Below, piece after piece: positions 10,901 through 22,900 of a stretch of 41,298 bases of DNA. The stretch is from Chiloscyllium plagiosum (Eukaryota), in NCBI RefSeq assembly GCF_004010195.1, contig NC_057719.1:47332716-47374013 (forward strand). The letters are read 5' to 3'. The position numbers and the translations under genes are program-made. The notes below the pieces were generated by a model that made no database searches, had not been told where the DNA came from, and was given only the letters and a program-made list of their open reading frames with translations. Every line of letters starts with the position of its first letter. The first letter of the stretch is position 1.

Positions 10901-13900
10901 CGGAATGGAGGTGTTGCTTAGTCCCGTGTGAATCTTATTACACACCTCCCCGTGTGAATCTTCTAATCTGTATGTAACCAGAATGGAATGTGTTTTTTAG
11001 CCTTGCTCTGCTGTTATTATCTGTATGTAACCAGAATGCTTTTTCTTAACCAAACCCTCAATTCCTTTAGTCATCCAGCATTCCCTATAGTTATCAGCCT
11101 TCCCTTTCACCCTGACAGGAATATACTTTCTCTGGACTTTTGTTATCTCATTTCTGAAGGCTTCCCATTTTCCAGCCATCCCTTTACCTGCGAACATCTG
11201 CCTCCAATCAACTTGATCCAAATATCTCAGCAAGCAGCCCAGCCATCACTTCTCGCGCTTCCCACAGAGTTCTAGGGTACACCTGATCAGGTCCTGGGGA
11301 TTTATCCACCTTTTCCCATTTCAAGACATCCAGCTCTTCCTCCTCTGTAATGTGGCCATTTTACAAGATATCACCATGTATTTCCCCGCATTCTATATAT
11401 TCCATGTCCTTCTCCACAGTAAACACGGATGCAAAATACTCGTTTAGTATCTTCCCCCATCTCCTGCGGCTCCACACAAAGGCCGCCTTGCTGATCTTTG
11501 AGGGGCCCTATTCTCTCCCTAGTTACCCTTTTGTTCTTAAATTATTTGTGAAAACCCTTTGGATTCTCCTTAACCCTATTTGTCAAAGCCATCTCATGTC
11601 CTATTTTTGCCCTCCTGATTTCCCTCTTAAGTATGCTCCTACTGCCTTTATACTCTTCTAAGGATTCACTCGATCTATCCTGTCTATACATGACATATGC
11701 TTCCTCCTTTTTCTTAACCAAACCCTCAATTCCTTTAGTCATCCAGCATTCCCCATATCTACCAGCCTTTCCTTTCACCCTGACAGGAATATACTTTCTC
11801 TGGGTTCTCGTTATCTCATTTCTGAAGGCTTCCCATTTTCCAGCCGTCCCTTTACCTGCAAACTTGTGTCCCCAATCAGGTGTTGAAAGTTATTGCTTAA
11901 TACCATCAAAGTTGGCCTTTCTCAAATTTAGAACTTCAACTTTTAGATCTGGTCTATCCTTTTCCATCACTATTTTAAAACGAATAGAATTACGGTCGCT
12001 GGCCCCAAAGTGCTCCCCCACTGACACCTCAGTCACCTGTCCTGCCTTATTTCCCAAGAGTAGGTCAAGTTTTGCACCTTCTCTAGTAGATACATCCACA
12101 TACTGAATCAGAAAATTTTCTTGTACAAATTCCTCTCCATCTAAACCCTTAACACTATGGCAGTCCCAGTCGGTGTTTGGAAAGTTAAAATCCCTTACCA
12201 TAACTACCCTATTATTCTTACATTAGCTGAGATCTTCGGACAAGTTTGTTTCTCAATTTCCCTCTGACTATTAGGGGATCTATAATACAATCCCAATAAG
12301 GTGATCATCCCTTTCTTATTTCTCAGTTCCACCTAAATAACTTGCCTGGATTTATTTCCGGGAATATCCTTCCTCAGTATAGCTGTAATGCTGTCCCTTA
12401 TAAAAAATGCCACTCCCCCTCCTCTCTTGCCTCCCTTTCTATCCTTCCTATAGCATTTGTATCCTGGAACATTAAGCTGCCAGTCCTGTCCATCCCTGAG
12501 CCATGTTTCTGTAATTAGTATAATTACTGTGGTATCCCCAATCCCATGTTCCTACCCATGCCCCGAGTTCATCTGCCTTCCCTGTTAGACCTCTTGCATT
12601 GAAATAAATGCAGTTAATTTATCAATCCTACCTTGTTCCCTGCTTTGTCCCTGCCTGCCCTGATTGTTTGACTCACTTCTGTTCGCAATTGTACCAGTCT
12701 CAGATTGATCTCTTTCCTCACTAGCTTGTTGGGTCCCACCTTACTAGTTTAAATCCTCCTGAGCAGCTCTAGCAAAGTTCCCTGCCAGCATATTAGTCCC
12801 CTTCCAATTTAGGTGCAATCCGTCCTTCTTGTACAGGTCACTTCTACCCCAAAAGAGATTCCAATGATCCAAAAACGTAAATCCTTCTCCCATACACCAG
12901 CTCCTCAGCCATGCATTCATTTGCCCTCTTCCTGCCCTCACTAGCTCATAGCACTGGGAATAATCCTGATATTACTACCCTTGAGGACCTCCTTTTTAAA
13001 TTCCTGCCCAACTCTGTGTAGTCTCCCTTCAAAATCAATCTTTTCCCTTCCTATGTCATTGGTTCCAATGTGTACAATGACCTCTTGCTGGTCCCTCTCC
13101 CCCTTGAGAACATTCTGCACCCTCCCTGAGACATCCTTGATCCTGGCACCAGGGAAGCAACACACCATTCTGCTTTACCATTGCTGGCCACCAAAACGTC
13201 TATCTGTGCCCTGACTAGAGAATCCCCTAACACAATCGATTTCTTGGAACTCAATGTACCCCTTGTTGCATTAGAGCCAGTCTCAATACTAGAAACTTGG
13301 CTGTTCATGCTACGTTCCCCTGCGAATCCGCCCCCCCCCCCCCCCCGACATTTTCCAAAACGGCGTACTTTGAAATGGGGATAGCCACAGAAGACCCTGC
13401 ATGAACTACCTACCTCTCTTACCTTTCCTGGAGTTTAACCCATTTTGTGACCGAATCTGCGACTTTTCCCCCTTCCTATAATGGCCATCCATCACATCCC
13501 CTTGCTCTTGTAAATTCCTCATTGCCTGTAACTGTCTCTCCAACTATCCATTCGATCTGATAGGATTCGCAACCAACGGCATTTATTGCAGATGTAATCC
13601 TCAGTAACCCATAAACTCTCCCTAAACTCCCACATCTGACAAGAAGAGCATATCACTCTACTAAGGGCCGTTTTTGCTTCTTTCAATCTACAGACCCAGA
13701 AAATAGCATTATCTTATTCCTCGACAAAACACTGCTCCAGGTTAAATTAATACTTATGGCTTATATTCTAAGTTTAATCAAGAGACGTATCTCAATAAAA
13801 CATATAATCAAGAAAGAACCCACTCTACTCACTACTGCAGACTGACTGTAAGGCCACTTATAATATTCACTTATCTGTTTCTGTGCTGTGACCTGTCCCA

Positions 13901-16900
13901 AACAGGTTCCTCCAAGATTAGTTGTGAATTTCACTGTGTGGTGATGATTTCCAACTCTAGTCACCATCACTGCTGTCAATCTTTCTGCTCCCACTGCTGT
14001 CAGGCTGCTATTCTGACACAATCCCGGATGAACTTTTCTGTTGGTAAATGTTAGGCAGACCAAAGGAGCTGTCTTCAGTTCCAACCATTACTAAAGTTAT
14101 TGCCTGGAGAATAAGATCTTAAGCAGAAGAGGAGAACATCAAACAAGTTCCTTCGAAGTAAACTTTTAGCTTTAAAACCGAGGTACGTAAATTTGTATCC
14201 TGTTCAAAACCAAAGCAGATGACTTATGGATGGAATTTAATTCCAAAATTAAGCTCGTCAGTGGGCTATCTTTTCTCTTTTTATTTTGACTTTAATGTCC
14301 TCTGACCAACTCTGCTTGCAGTGAAATGAGTCTGGAAAGTTTTCAAAATATCTACTACAATGGAAGCCACACAACAAAACAAAATTGCATTCAGCACTAA
14401 CTGCAACTTTAACTCTGGGAATGGAAACAAATAGATGTGCTGTGTCAGTAATTGAAAACCCTCTTCTACTTCTGGATTAAGTGCATTGTTGGAATCCTAC
14501 ATAAGAAAAATAACCACAAGTCTAACTGTTGACATTGAAATTCTTCCTTACATCTTGGTGAGCATAAAAAACTATGGACGAGTTGGACCATTGACCCTAT
14601 GACTATTTAGGAGAAAGTGAGGACTGCAGATCAGAGCTGAAAATGTGTTGCTGGAAAAGCACAGCAGGTCAGGCAGCATCCAAGGAGCAGGAGAGAGAAA
14701 GTGAGGACTGCAGCTGCTGGAGATCAGAGCTGAAAATGTGTTGCTGGAATATAAAATGCTAGAATATAAATTTTATTAAATATAAAATGTGTTGCTCTCC
14801 TGCTCCTATGACTATTTATTTTATTCTAATCTATCACCAGAATGAAATTGTATCAATTCAGTATCTGTTGTTTTGCTAATTGAACAATTATATTCTTAGT
14901 TTATATGGCTGCACTGGCAAAGAATTATCGAATTTTGTGAGATATATAATTAGATGCATATATTGCACTTTAGTTCTTCTTAGGCAGACCCTTGGGATTA
15001 AGGATGACTTTCTTCCACTTTGGTGTTGTGGATGTGAGGTGACTAAATAGCCCAATACTGGATGTCCACACCCTGCTGCAGATATGACCAGTAGTCTTTA
15101 CTGAAGTGGGCGGGTGGGTGGGATGCTCAGGATTTCATATTCTCCTTCCATTGTTCGTGATTGCCCTCCATCTGGCCTGTTGGAGATGTTTGGCACATTC
15201 ACAGAGACTTCACTTCTATCTAATGCTATTAAGGTTTAAATGTCTATAAGAAATGACTGTGTCAGTTGTGATTTTAATTTAACTGTTCATTATCTTACAT
15301 CAAATTCAATCTCCTCCTTAATATAATGCACAAAATTTTCATTGCATCTTGAACACAACATGTGTAATAAATAGAAATCTAGGCATGTTATTTAAGACTA
15401 TACCATTTCTCCGCAACTGTTGAGAAATGATGAGTTAACAATTCATTCATGACTTAAAAGGCAATGAAAAGGCTTCAATATTTGTGCAAGATTATCTTTA
15501 AAACTTTGATAAGATAGCTATATCTGCTCTTACTGGGTTATAGTTAGCATGGAAATTTGAGAAATGTCTGGTGAGGACCACATTAGGATTATTGATGATA
15601 CCCCATAGATTTAATTGTATGCCAACACTTCTGATTAACATTTGAAAAATGGTTACTAGATTTTATATTGCGATGGATGGCCATCTGGTACAAAGAGAAG
15701 TGTATGTTTTCATGACTCAACACCTTCAAAGAAATTTGAAAGGGTTCAGAAAAGATTTACAAGGATGTTGCCAGGGTTGGAGGATCTGAGCTACAGGAAG
15801 AGGCTGAACAGGCTGGGGCTGTTTTCCCTGGAGCATCGGAGGCGAGGGGTGACCTTATAGAGGTTTACAAAATTATGAGGGGCATGGATAGGATAAATAG
15901 ACAACGTCTTTTCCCTGGGGTTGGGGAGTCCAGAGCTAGAGGGCATAGGTTTAGGGTGAGAGGGGAAAGATATAAAAGAGACCTAAGGCGCAACCATTTC
16001 ACGCAGAGGGTGATACGTGTATGGAATGAGCTACCAGATGGTGTGGTAGAGGCTGGTACAATTGCAACGTTTAAGAGGCATTTGGATGGGTATATGAATA
16101 GGAAGGGTTTGGAGGGATATGGGCTAGGTGCTGGCAGGTGGGACTAGATTGGGTTGGGATATCTGGTCGGCATGGATGGGTTGGACCGAGGGGTCTGTTT
16201 CCATGCTGTACACCTCTATGACTCTAAGAGGAGCCAAAAGCATGAGGGAAGGCTGGAGAAAGTATGTGTTCTGGAGTACAAGCGAGAGATATTGCAGGGT
16301 CAACACTTTACTGAGTTCCAAGCCTTGGTTGTGTTGCTTATGAAGTGTGAGAAAGTAATTGGAACAAATTGCCATTGACTTCTTGTGATTCTTGCCGAAA
16401 AGCTGGCTTGGGAGTTTTATCTCACATCTTCTGTGGAAAAGAGAGAAAACGCTGAAAATGCAGGTTCATCAAAGAGGTTAACATGCAATTAAAAGTTCTT
16501 GTGTGTTTGCTGTCTATTTTCAGAAGGTGTAGATAAATTGCTTGTACATTGCTTATTTGTTATTTGGTCAGATTACTTTTCAATTGTGGAATTTTTGCAT
16601 TTCTAAAAGTAGTACTGTCTTTTCAAAAGTTTGGCAAGGAACATGTTCATTTTATAAAATTATTATTGTGCATTAGATGAGTAAATATGACCATACCAGC
16701 ATTAAATCTCATTTTTACAACTAACCAGGGCATGGCCCTTGTTTGAAACGATACTCTATACTTACAATAAGTCTAACAGTGAAGGGCTAGACTCACAGTT
16801 TAACCAGAATTATACAATTTTTAATCACTTAATTTTTGGAGTTGTATGAATTTTTAAAGAATAATTACTGTAAAAAATCTCTCCCTGTGTTGACTATTTT

Positions 16901-19900
16901 AATATTACTTTGTTGAACTAACCAGCTTTTTATTGCTACCAGTTCTCACTTGCAAAACTTTGCTGTAAATTTATTTAATTTCCAAATCCTACTATTTTCT
17001 TAACCTATGGATGGGTATATGAATAGGAAGGGTTTAGAGGGATATGGGCCAAGTGCTGGCAAATGATACTAGGTTAGGTCAGGATATCTGGTCGGCATGG
17101 ATGGGTTGGACTGAAGGGTCTGTTTCTGTGCTGTAAATCTCTGACTCTAAACAATGTAATTCTTAGACAGTAAATCATTACAACATAAGCACCAATTTAC
17201 ATGGCGCAACATAACTTTAAGACTTCAGAACTTTTGTGATGTCTATCTTTGTTTTGATGTGAGAGGCTTTTCTTGGGTTGGATAAGGAGATAAAAATCTT
17301 CAGTCACAGTCTCTGTGCCCAACACAGTCACAGCCAGTTTCTGGCTTTTTCTTTTAAATTTCCCTTATTCTGTAACATGAATACCTGCCTCACTTCCTTC
17401 AATCTCATTGAGAACTGTCACCACCTCCTTGTTCCTGTTGTATGTAAATCTATTTCTGCTGTATCAAGATATAGTGTTGTATTTTCAACATTGTTTGTTT
17501 TATATGAAAACAAGTTGAGAATGCAGTACCTTGTGGCCAATGTGAGTATATTGACTGACTGCAATGCACAGGAGATAATGGTGTAAGAATATGCTCAAGA
17601 AATATAGGAAGTTATTTTCACCTTGTTTCTCTTTCCATTATCACAATGTTCACTGCGTCTTTTACAAAATCAAATGAGCTTTCTGGACGGTGCTAACTTT
17701 ATAAGTTTTGATGAAGAACATAATTTGTCAGTAACTACATTTCTAATGTACTTCTCAACAAGTTTGTCTGTGCTGAGAATACTTTGGATATAATTTGCTA
17801 CGTCTGAAACCGTTTCTGCATTATCTTTGCAGGTGGAGTAAATCTCAAATCTCATTGCATAGAGAAATGCTTTCTGACAGTCTACTGGGGATGTAATGTT
17901 CATAAACTTCATGAAGGATTACAAAAACATATTTACAGCTTCAGAATCAAGGTGCCACAGAAACTGGAAGAAGCTATAGATAGACAATATCTCTATCAAG
18001 AGACATTTCTGTATCCTTTTTTTAAATTTCTGAACAAATCTGAGTCTTGTATACCTATCAAAGTTGTTAATAATGTTAACTCATTTCAAATGGCATACAA
18101 AAATAGCAATTAACTTGTGAGGCACCTTCAGGGTAGTGAAATGTCACAAGCATCATTTAATCAAGAGTGACACGGAGCCACATTCAGATATTAGTTTCTG
18201 GTTACCTGAAGTTTGATCAAAGAAGTAGGTTTTGAGGAGTGTCCTAAAGAAAGAAGATCGGGTAGAGAAGCAGAGAGGTGTTGGAAGAGCACCCAAACCT
18301 GGAGGTCCAGGCAACAGAGGATACTTTGGGATGTACAGTTGGTCAGAATTATATAAGTGCACATATCGTTGGGAGCTATGGAGCTGACACAGGTCACAGA
18401 TCGGGAGAGAATACAGGAGTTATGAAGTCTTGCTTCAGTTGAAGTTAACTTCGACTTTGCCCGGAGTATTGTGTGTAGTTTCGGTCTCCTTACCGCAGCA
18501 AAAATGTTGCCACAGAGGGAATGCAATAAAGGTTGACCAGACTTTGTCCTGAGATGATGTGGCTGGCCTATGAAGGGGATTGGGTAAATTGGGCCTATGC
18601 TCTCCAGAGTTTTAAAGAATGGGAAATGATCTAATTGAAATCTACGAACTATTTCAAGGAATGGACAGTGCTAATGCAGGCAGGATTATTTCCTGGGAGG
18701 GGAGGAGGAGGAGGAGAAGGAGGAGGAGTTGGTGGACATTTTTATGGGGTATATCATTCAGGACCAAGACAAGGAGAGTGTTCTTTTCGCTCAAAGGGTG
18801 GTAGATCTTTAGGATTCTGTACACCAGGGCTATGGAAGCTCAGTCTTTGAATATTTGTAGAGTACAGGTTGATTTTTTAAAAAATCTTTATCAGTGGCAT
18901 AAAGAGTTAGTGTGGGTATGTGGGCATTGAAGTATTTGATTACATTAAATAGCAGAGCAGGTTTGATAGCCTGAATGGCCTACTCTGTCCCCATATTCCT
19001 GAAATATAAACTATTAAAAACCTAAGTAATTATTAAACTGATCCCCAACTACATCTCCCTGAACTCTGACCAACATCCAAACCCCAGTAATCTCCACCTG
19101 GGGCTCAAATGCTGCAGGATTCAACACTCCCTAACATCTCCTGCCCACCCAATTTTCCCGAAGCACTCCTTCATTGGCACCCTAATCTCACATCTATCTA
19201 ATGCCCTTTCTTGCCCTTTCACAAGAGCTGTCAAAGTTTGTCTGCGAGCTAGACATTTAAATCTCAGAATACAGCACAAACTGTGAGAAAGGGGACGTTG
19301 TTTACTGTTTCCTGACTCCTGTATTTTGCGGGATCTGTCAGACGTAAAATGCAACTCTGCATTTCTGAAGGATCCCTGACTGGAATCTTCTGTTGGAAAT
19401 GCAGTGCTCTTTCTTTAAAAATTTCTTTTAAAAACAAACAGAGTGGCAACCACGCTCAGATTGGAAAATTCATCCTAAACTGTTTTCTTTAAAACAAACC
19501 GGAGATTCAAATAATTGTGAATTTGTCTTGCAACATTACAATTAGAACTGATAATATGTTTCAGAATTAATTTCTTTACCATATTGTACTAGCATTGAGA
19601 AACAGAGTGACAGTGAAAAATTCTCTCAGCTACCTAAATATTTAACAATAAAAGATTTTGGGAGTCTGCCTCGAACACGATATCCACTAGTAGCATTGTT
19701 AACATTAGCAGAAGAGGAAGACTGGGACATTTATGAAATTGTAAGTATATGAATTGATTTTTTAAAAAATAAAAATGGTTACATACCAATTTAAAAATAC
19801 TTTATTTTTGACCGACTGTCTACCTCCTCAGCAGATGGCAACATATTCTGGGCTATTGTAACATTGCATTAGAGGCCTGTGATGCTATATGGAAGCAGTA

Positions 19901-22900
19901 ACTGATCCCAGCCTTGTGTTAACAGACTATTCAACCCACAGTTTGGTGCTGCAGTTTTCAAACCTTCACATTTTTCCCCCCTCCCTCTTTTTTTTTGCTG
20001 TAGTTGATCTAAGGCTGAAAGTCAATTGTGCCCCTCTGCAGCCTTGGAGAGTGAGAGAACATAGAAATATTAAATTGTATTACTTTTAATAGGATGCTTA
20101 GAGTGAAACTTTATAAATGACTACAAATTGCAACTAAGAATCTATTGACCACGATGGCACGGTGGCTCAGTGGTTAGCACTGCTGCCTCACAGCGCCAGG
20201 GACCCGGGTTCAATTTCAGCCACGTGGGTTTCCTCTGGGTGTTCCGGTTTCCTCCCACAGTCCAAAGGTGTGCAGGTCAGGTGAATTTGCAGGTCAGGTG
20301 AATTGGCCATGCTAAATTGCCCATAGTAATAGGTGCATTAGTAGGGGAATGGATCTGGGTGGGTTACTCTTCAGAGGGTCGTTGTGAACTTGTTGGGCCG
20401 AAGGGCCTGTTTCCGCACTGTAGGGAATCTAATCTAATCTAAACTAAATATTTCAGGCTGTATTGTGCAATTACTCAGAAACTTCAGCTTGATACAATTG
20501 GTTAAGTAAATCATCCGTCAAACTACCTTTTAGAAATTCAAGCTGTTTAAATGTTTTTGTTGCTGTGTTTACATTTTAATCAGAAAATTTCACAATATAC
20601 ATGGCTTCTGTATCTTCAGGTTTCTATGGTTACAGTAATTCATGTTCCAGATGAGAAATACAGACTCACCTGCCGAATCTTGTACCAGTATCTGTTGACT
20701 GCACAAGGTCACATATATGACCTTAAGGTAGGTCTACCAGTTGTCGTGATTATAGGAGAATGGAATCAACTATGTATTCTAATATTTCTCCTAAGGTTTA
20801 TTACAGAGAGCCTTTGAGAGTAAAATGCCACTATATTATGGTTTACATGCATAAAGATTATAGCTAAGATTTTCAGCTTGTTTTCTCTACTGTTTCCTGA
20901 GAGAGATTGTTATTAAGCTGTTTGATTATGGAGAGAGCAAGGAGCATTATTGCTGATTGCTAAGCATAAATAATAAAAGCGTAGGTGAGTTTAGAAACTG
21001 GCAAAAGTAACAATTAAAACTATGCAGTTCCTTATTAATATCATGGTTAATATTGCTGCACATCAATTGGGAGACTGGCATTTAGTTCCCTAATGGGGAG
21101 AAGGTATTGACTTAAAGATTTTGACTGCTGTAGCTCAGTACAAAACCATCTGAGAGAGAAGGTTGCAGGTTTAAGTCCTCTCCAAGGAGTTCTTTATGCC
21201 TACCTTTTTATTTTAATTATAAATCCTCATGGTGCAGTATTAGTTTTTGAAAATAAGAAGCAGAAATTTCAGCTCAGTGAGGTTTTAAAGAAAAAAAATA
21301 CAGCATGTTCATTATTGGATAGGCGAGAGTTTTTTTCCCTTCTCTAATTGTCCTTGTGAAAGTGGTAGTGAGCCGTGACCATGAACAATTACAGTCCGTG
21401 TAATTTAGGTACGCCCAGAATGTTGTTCAGAAGGGAATTTCAGAATTTTGAACAAGCAGTAGTGAGGGAACAGCCATATGTCGTGAAGCTGTATAGCTTG
21501 ACAGTTGATGGTGTTCCCATGTGTCCCTTGTCCTTCTAGGTGGTAGAAATTGCAGGTTTGAAAGGTTCTGTCGAGGGAGTGAATGTTTAGATTGTGGATG
21601 GGATACTAGTAAAATGGGCTGTTTTTGTATTAATGGAGATACAGTCATCCATGAAAATGGATGATATTCTGTCACATTCCTGATTTGTGTACTGTAGATG
21701 ATGGGCAGGCTTTTGAGAATCAGGAGATGAGTTTGTTGCCTCAACTCCCAGATTCTGCCTCCTCCTCAGCTACAGTACTTATAAAGTTGGTCCAGTTTAG
21801 TGTCTGGTCAATAGTAATCCCCAGGTTGTTGATAGTGGTGAATTCAATAATAATAATTCTATAAAATATTAAGGAGAGGTGGTCAAATTCTCCTGTTCAA
21901 GATAGTCATTGCCTAGCACTTGTGTGATTCAGTTGTTGCTTCCCAGTTACCAGTTCAAGCCTGAGTGTCCAAGTCTTATTGCACATGGACATGGACTGTT
22001 TCAGTATTTGAAGAGTTGCAAATCTCACTTAACACTGTAGATTCATGAGTGAACATTCCCACTTATGAAGGGAAGATCATTGAAGGTAGTACCTTCAGCA
22101 GCTTCATCAATGATCTTCCCTTCATAAGTGGGAATGTTCACCCATGAATCCACAGTGTTAAGTGAGATTTGCACCTCCTCAAATACTGAAACAGTCCATG
22201 TCCATGTGCAATAAGACTTGGACACTCAGGCTTTAATTGGTAACTGGGAAGCAACAACTGAATCACACAAGTGCTAGGCAATGTCTAGAACAGTGTCAGG
22301 GAGAACTCCCCCTGCTGCAATATCCTTGGACTGAGATTATGATCTCCAACTACTACAACCATTTTGCTTTGGGTTAGGTTTAATGCACAAGATAGTAGGA
22401 AATAGGAGTAAAAATAGGTTATCTTGCCTGTTGAGCCTACTCTGTGATTCAATAATTTCATGGCTGATTTGATTATGGCCTTAATTCCATTTCCTTGCCT
22501 GTTCCTGTAACCCTGGATTCCCTTGTTAATCAAAAATCCATGTATCTTACCCTTGAGTATATTCAAACATCCAACCTCCACTGCTATCTATAAAAGACAA
22601 CTTCTGTCGTCAAGCAGTAGTACATAGATGATGTTTGAGTGTGCAGAGACCAAGCACTGTTAACATGTTCACCAAGGTGTTTGAGAGAATAGGCCTCAGA
22701 CTGGACATCCGGAAAACTAAGGTTCTGTACCAGTCCACTGCTGTCGTACAACACTGCACCCACTGGCAGAATAGTGTATCAATGTGAGAGTTTGCTCCCT
22801 GGCCAGTATTCCCAGTATTGAGATACTGGTTATGCATACCCAGCTGTGACAAGTAGGCCACATTGTCCAGTTGCTCAACAGACAATTTGGGGCGGCACAG

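Larger units (their letters stand above)
8106..11015 (+). mobile_element. Tandem array of a small non-autonomous LTR retroelement (LTR1 8106-8557, LTR2 9599-10067, truncated LTR3 10852-11015)
   Basis: LTRs start TGTGG and end AACA, with TATAAG and AATAAA (8461, 9971). A tRNA-Ser PBS follows each complete LTR and a purine-rich AAGCAGTGGAA precedes LTR2 and LTR3. Internal regions are only about 0.5 kb, with no pol. Confidence 0.85.
7938..11214 (-). mobile_element. Second CR1-like LINE nested in the first (pieces about 7938-8105 and 11039-11214)
   Basis: New 3' tail at about 7941. 11039-11214 is a diverged equivalent of 11707-11875. The host LINE sequence at about 7937 resumes at about 11215. 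Confidence 0.7.
7029..13935 (-). mobile_element. Near full-length, degraded CR1-like LINE (7029-7937 plus 11215-13935) interrupted by nested inserts
   Basis: ORF1 zinc finger (CSSCQMW...CNKC near 13650-13580), SGNH esterase ([20 protein letters not shown]) at 12744-13308, APE endonuclease (DFNFP, LDLLL, SDRN) and RT fragments ([12 protein letters not shown]); 3' tail at 7029. Many stops and frameshifts. Confidence 0.9.
5930..14090 (+). mobile_element. Old L2-like LINE RT fragment split into three pieces (about 5930-6130, 6906-7028, 13936-14090) by nested insertions
   Basis: Pieces read DFSAAFD*VDHNILL, then a GVPQGSILG-like segment, then resume after 13935 with GDDFQL (YADDTQL-like) and an LNxxKT-like motif. 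Confidence 0.55.

Noticed and set aside
20154..20230. tRNA gene-like sequence (also at 22890 and 34800)
   Set aside because: These are SINE heads continuing into a SINE body and (AATCT)n tail, with no complete cloverleaf.
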